Origin: Squalus acanthias
Taxonomy: Eukaryota
Assembly: GCA_030390025.1 (NCBI GenBank)
Contig: CM059432.1
Location: forward strand, 8,866,001 to 8,930,000
DNA: 64,000 bases
Direction of reading: 5' to 3'
Part shown: positions 63,539-64,000 of the stretch, piece after piece
Layout: every line of letters starts with the position of its first letter
How positions within the stretch are numbered: the first letter of the stretch is position 1
Notes under the pieces: generated by a model
What the model was told of the DNA's origin: nothing
Seen by the model: the letters and a program-made list of their open reading frames with translations, nothing else
Database searches by the model: none
Program-made: the position numbers and the translations under genes

Positions 63539-64000
63539 GTAAGGGAATAGAAATTGTCCCCTCGTGATGGAAAATTCACTCACGTAGGTGGGGTGGGGGA
63601 AGAGATCAACAGGCCAAACCTCCATTGGCCTCATGAAAATTTCTATCCGAGGGTAAAATTAGAATTAACCTCGGGGTAGATTTTGGTCTGGGCCCACTTT
63701 CTGCATTTCTAGCTTGTTGGTGGTGGGCCGCTTGCTAGGCCGCCTTCACGCCTGAAAGACCTGACACCTACCCTGCTCAGGTCAGTACAGTTTCCCTGAG
63801 GGATCATTAGGCCTCTCATTCACATACGCAAGGAGGCTAACAACTTTATGTGGCTGCTCCCGATGCCTAAAAAATGGTCCGACCCAATATTGGGTTTGAC
63901 GCCTTTCAGGCATCCTTGGAGTGCAGGACGTTGGTCCCTCAAATTGGCTCTCGTTGCACCCATAAAAGAGGCACAAAGAGGTCCAATTTATACCTCTTTG

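Overview
Eukaryotic, repeat-dense vertebrate genomic DNA. The repeat families (CR1/HER1-like LINEs, L2 LINEs, DeuSINE/SacSINE1-like SINEs, PIF/Harbinger MITEs) point to a cartilaginous fish, probably a shark (inference). The only host gene I can support is a + strand type II classical cadherin. Its first coding exon (ATG 52012-52212) and a 295-nt EC1 exon (63244-63538, missed by the ORF track) have canonical splice sites; a possible non-coding first exon lies near 16.0-16.3 kb. Nearly all other ORFs are transposon debris or spurious. Notable non-gene structures: (1) a two-gene PIF/Harbinger transposon (DDE transposase plus convergent Myb/SANT gene) inside the cadherin intron, a deleted relative at 27-28.7 kb and many MITEs; (2) three short TSD-flanked insertions carrying minimal hammerhead-ribozyme motifs (Penelope/retrozyme-like); (3) a perfect 33-bp-arm hairpin at the breakpoint of a ~490-bp local duplication; (4) a solo LTR; (5) a TA-flanked Tc1/pogo-type MITE. 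No prokaryotic-type systems are present, and I cannot claim a wholly new system. Coordinates were read by eye; repeat boundaries without a stated TSD are approximate.
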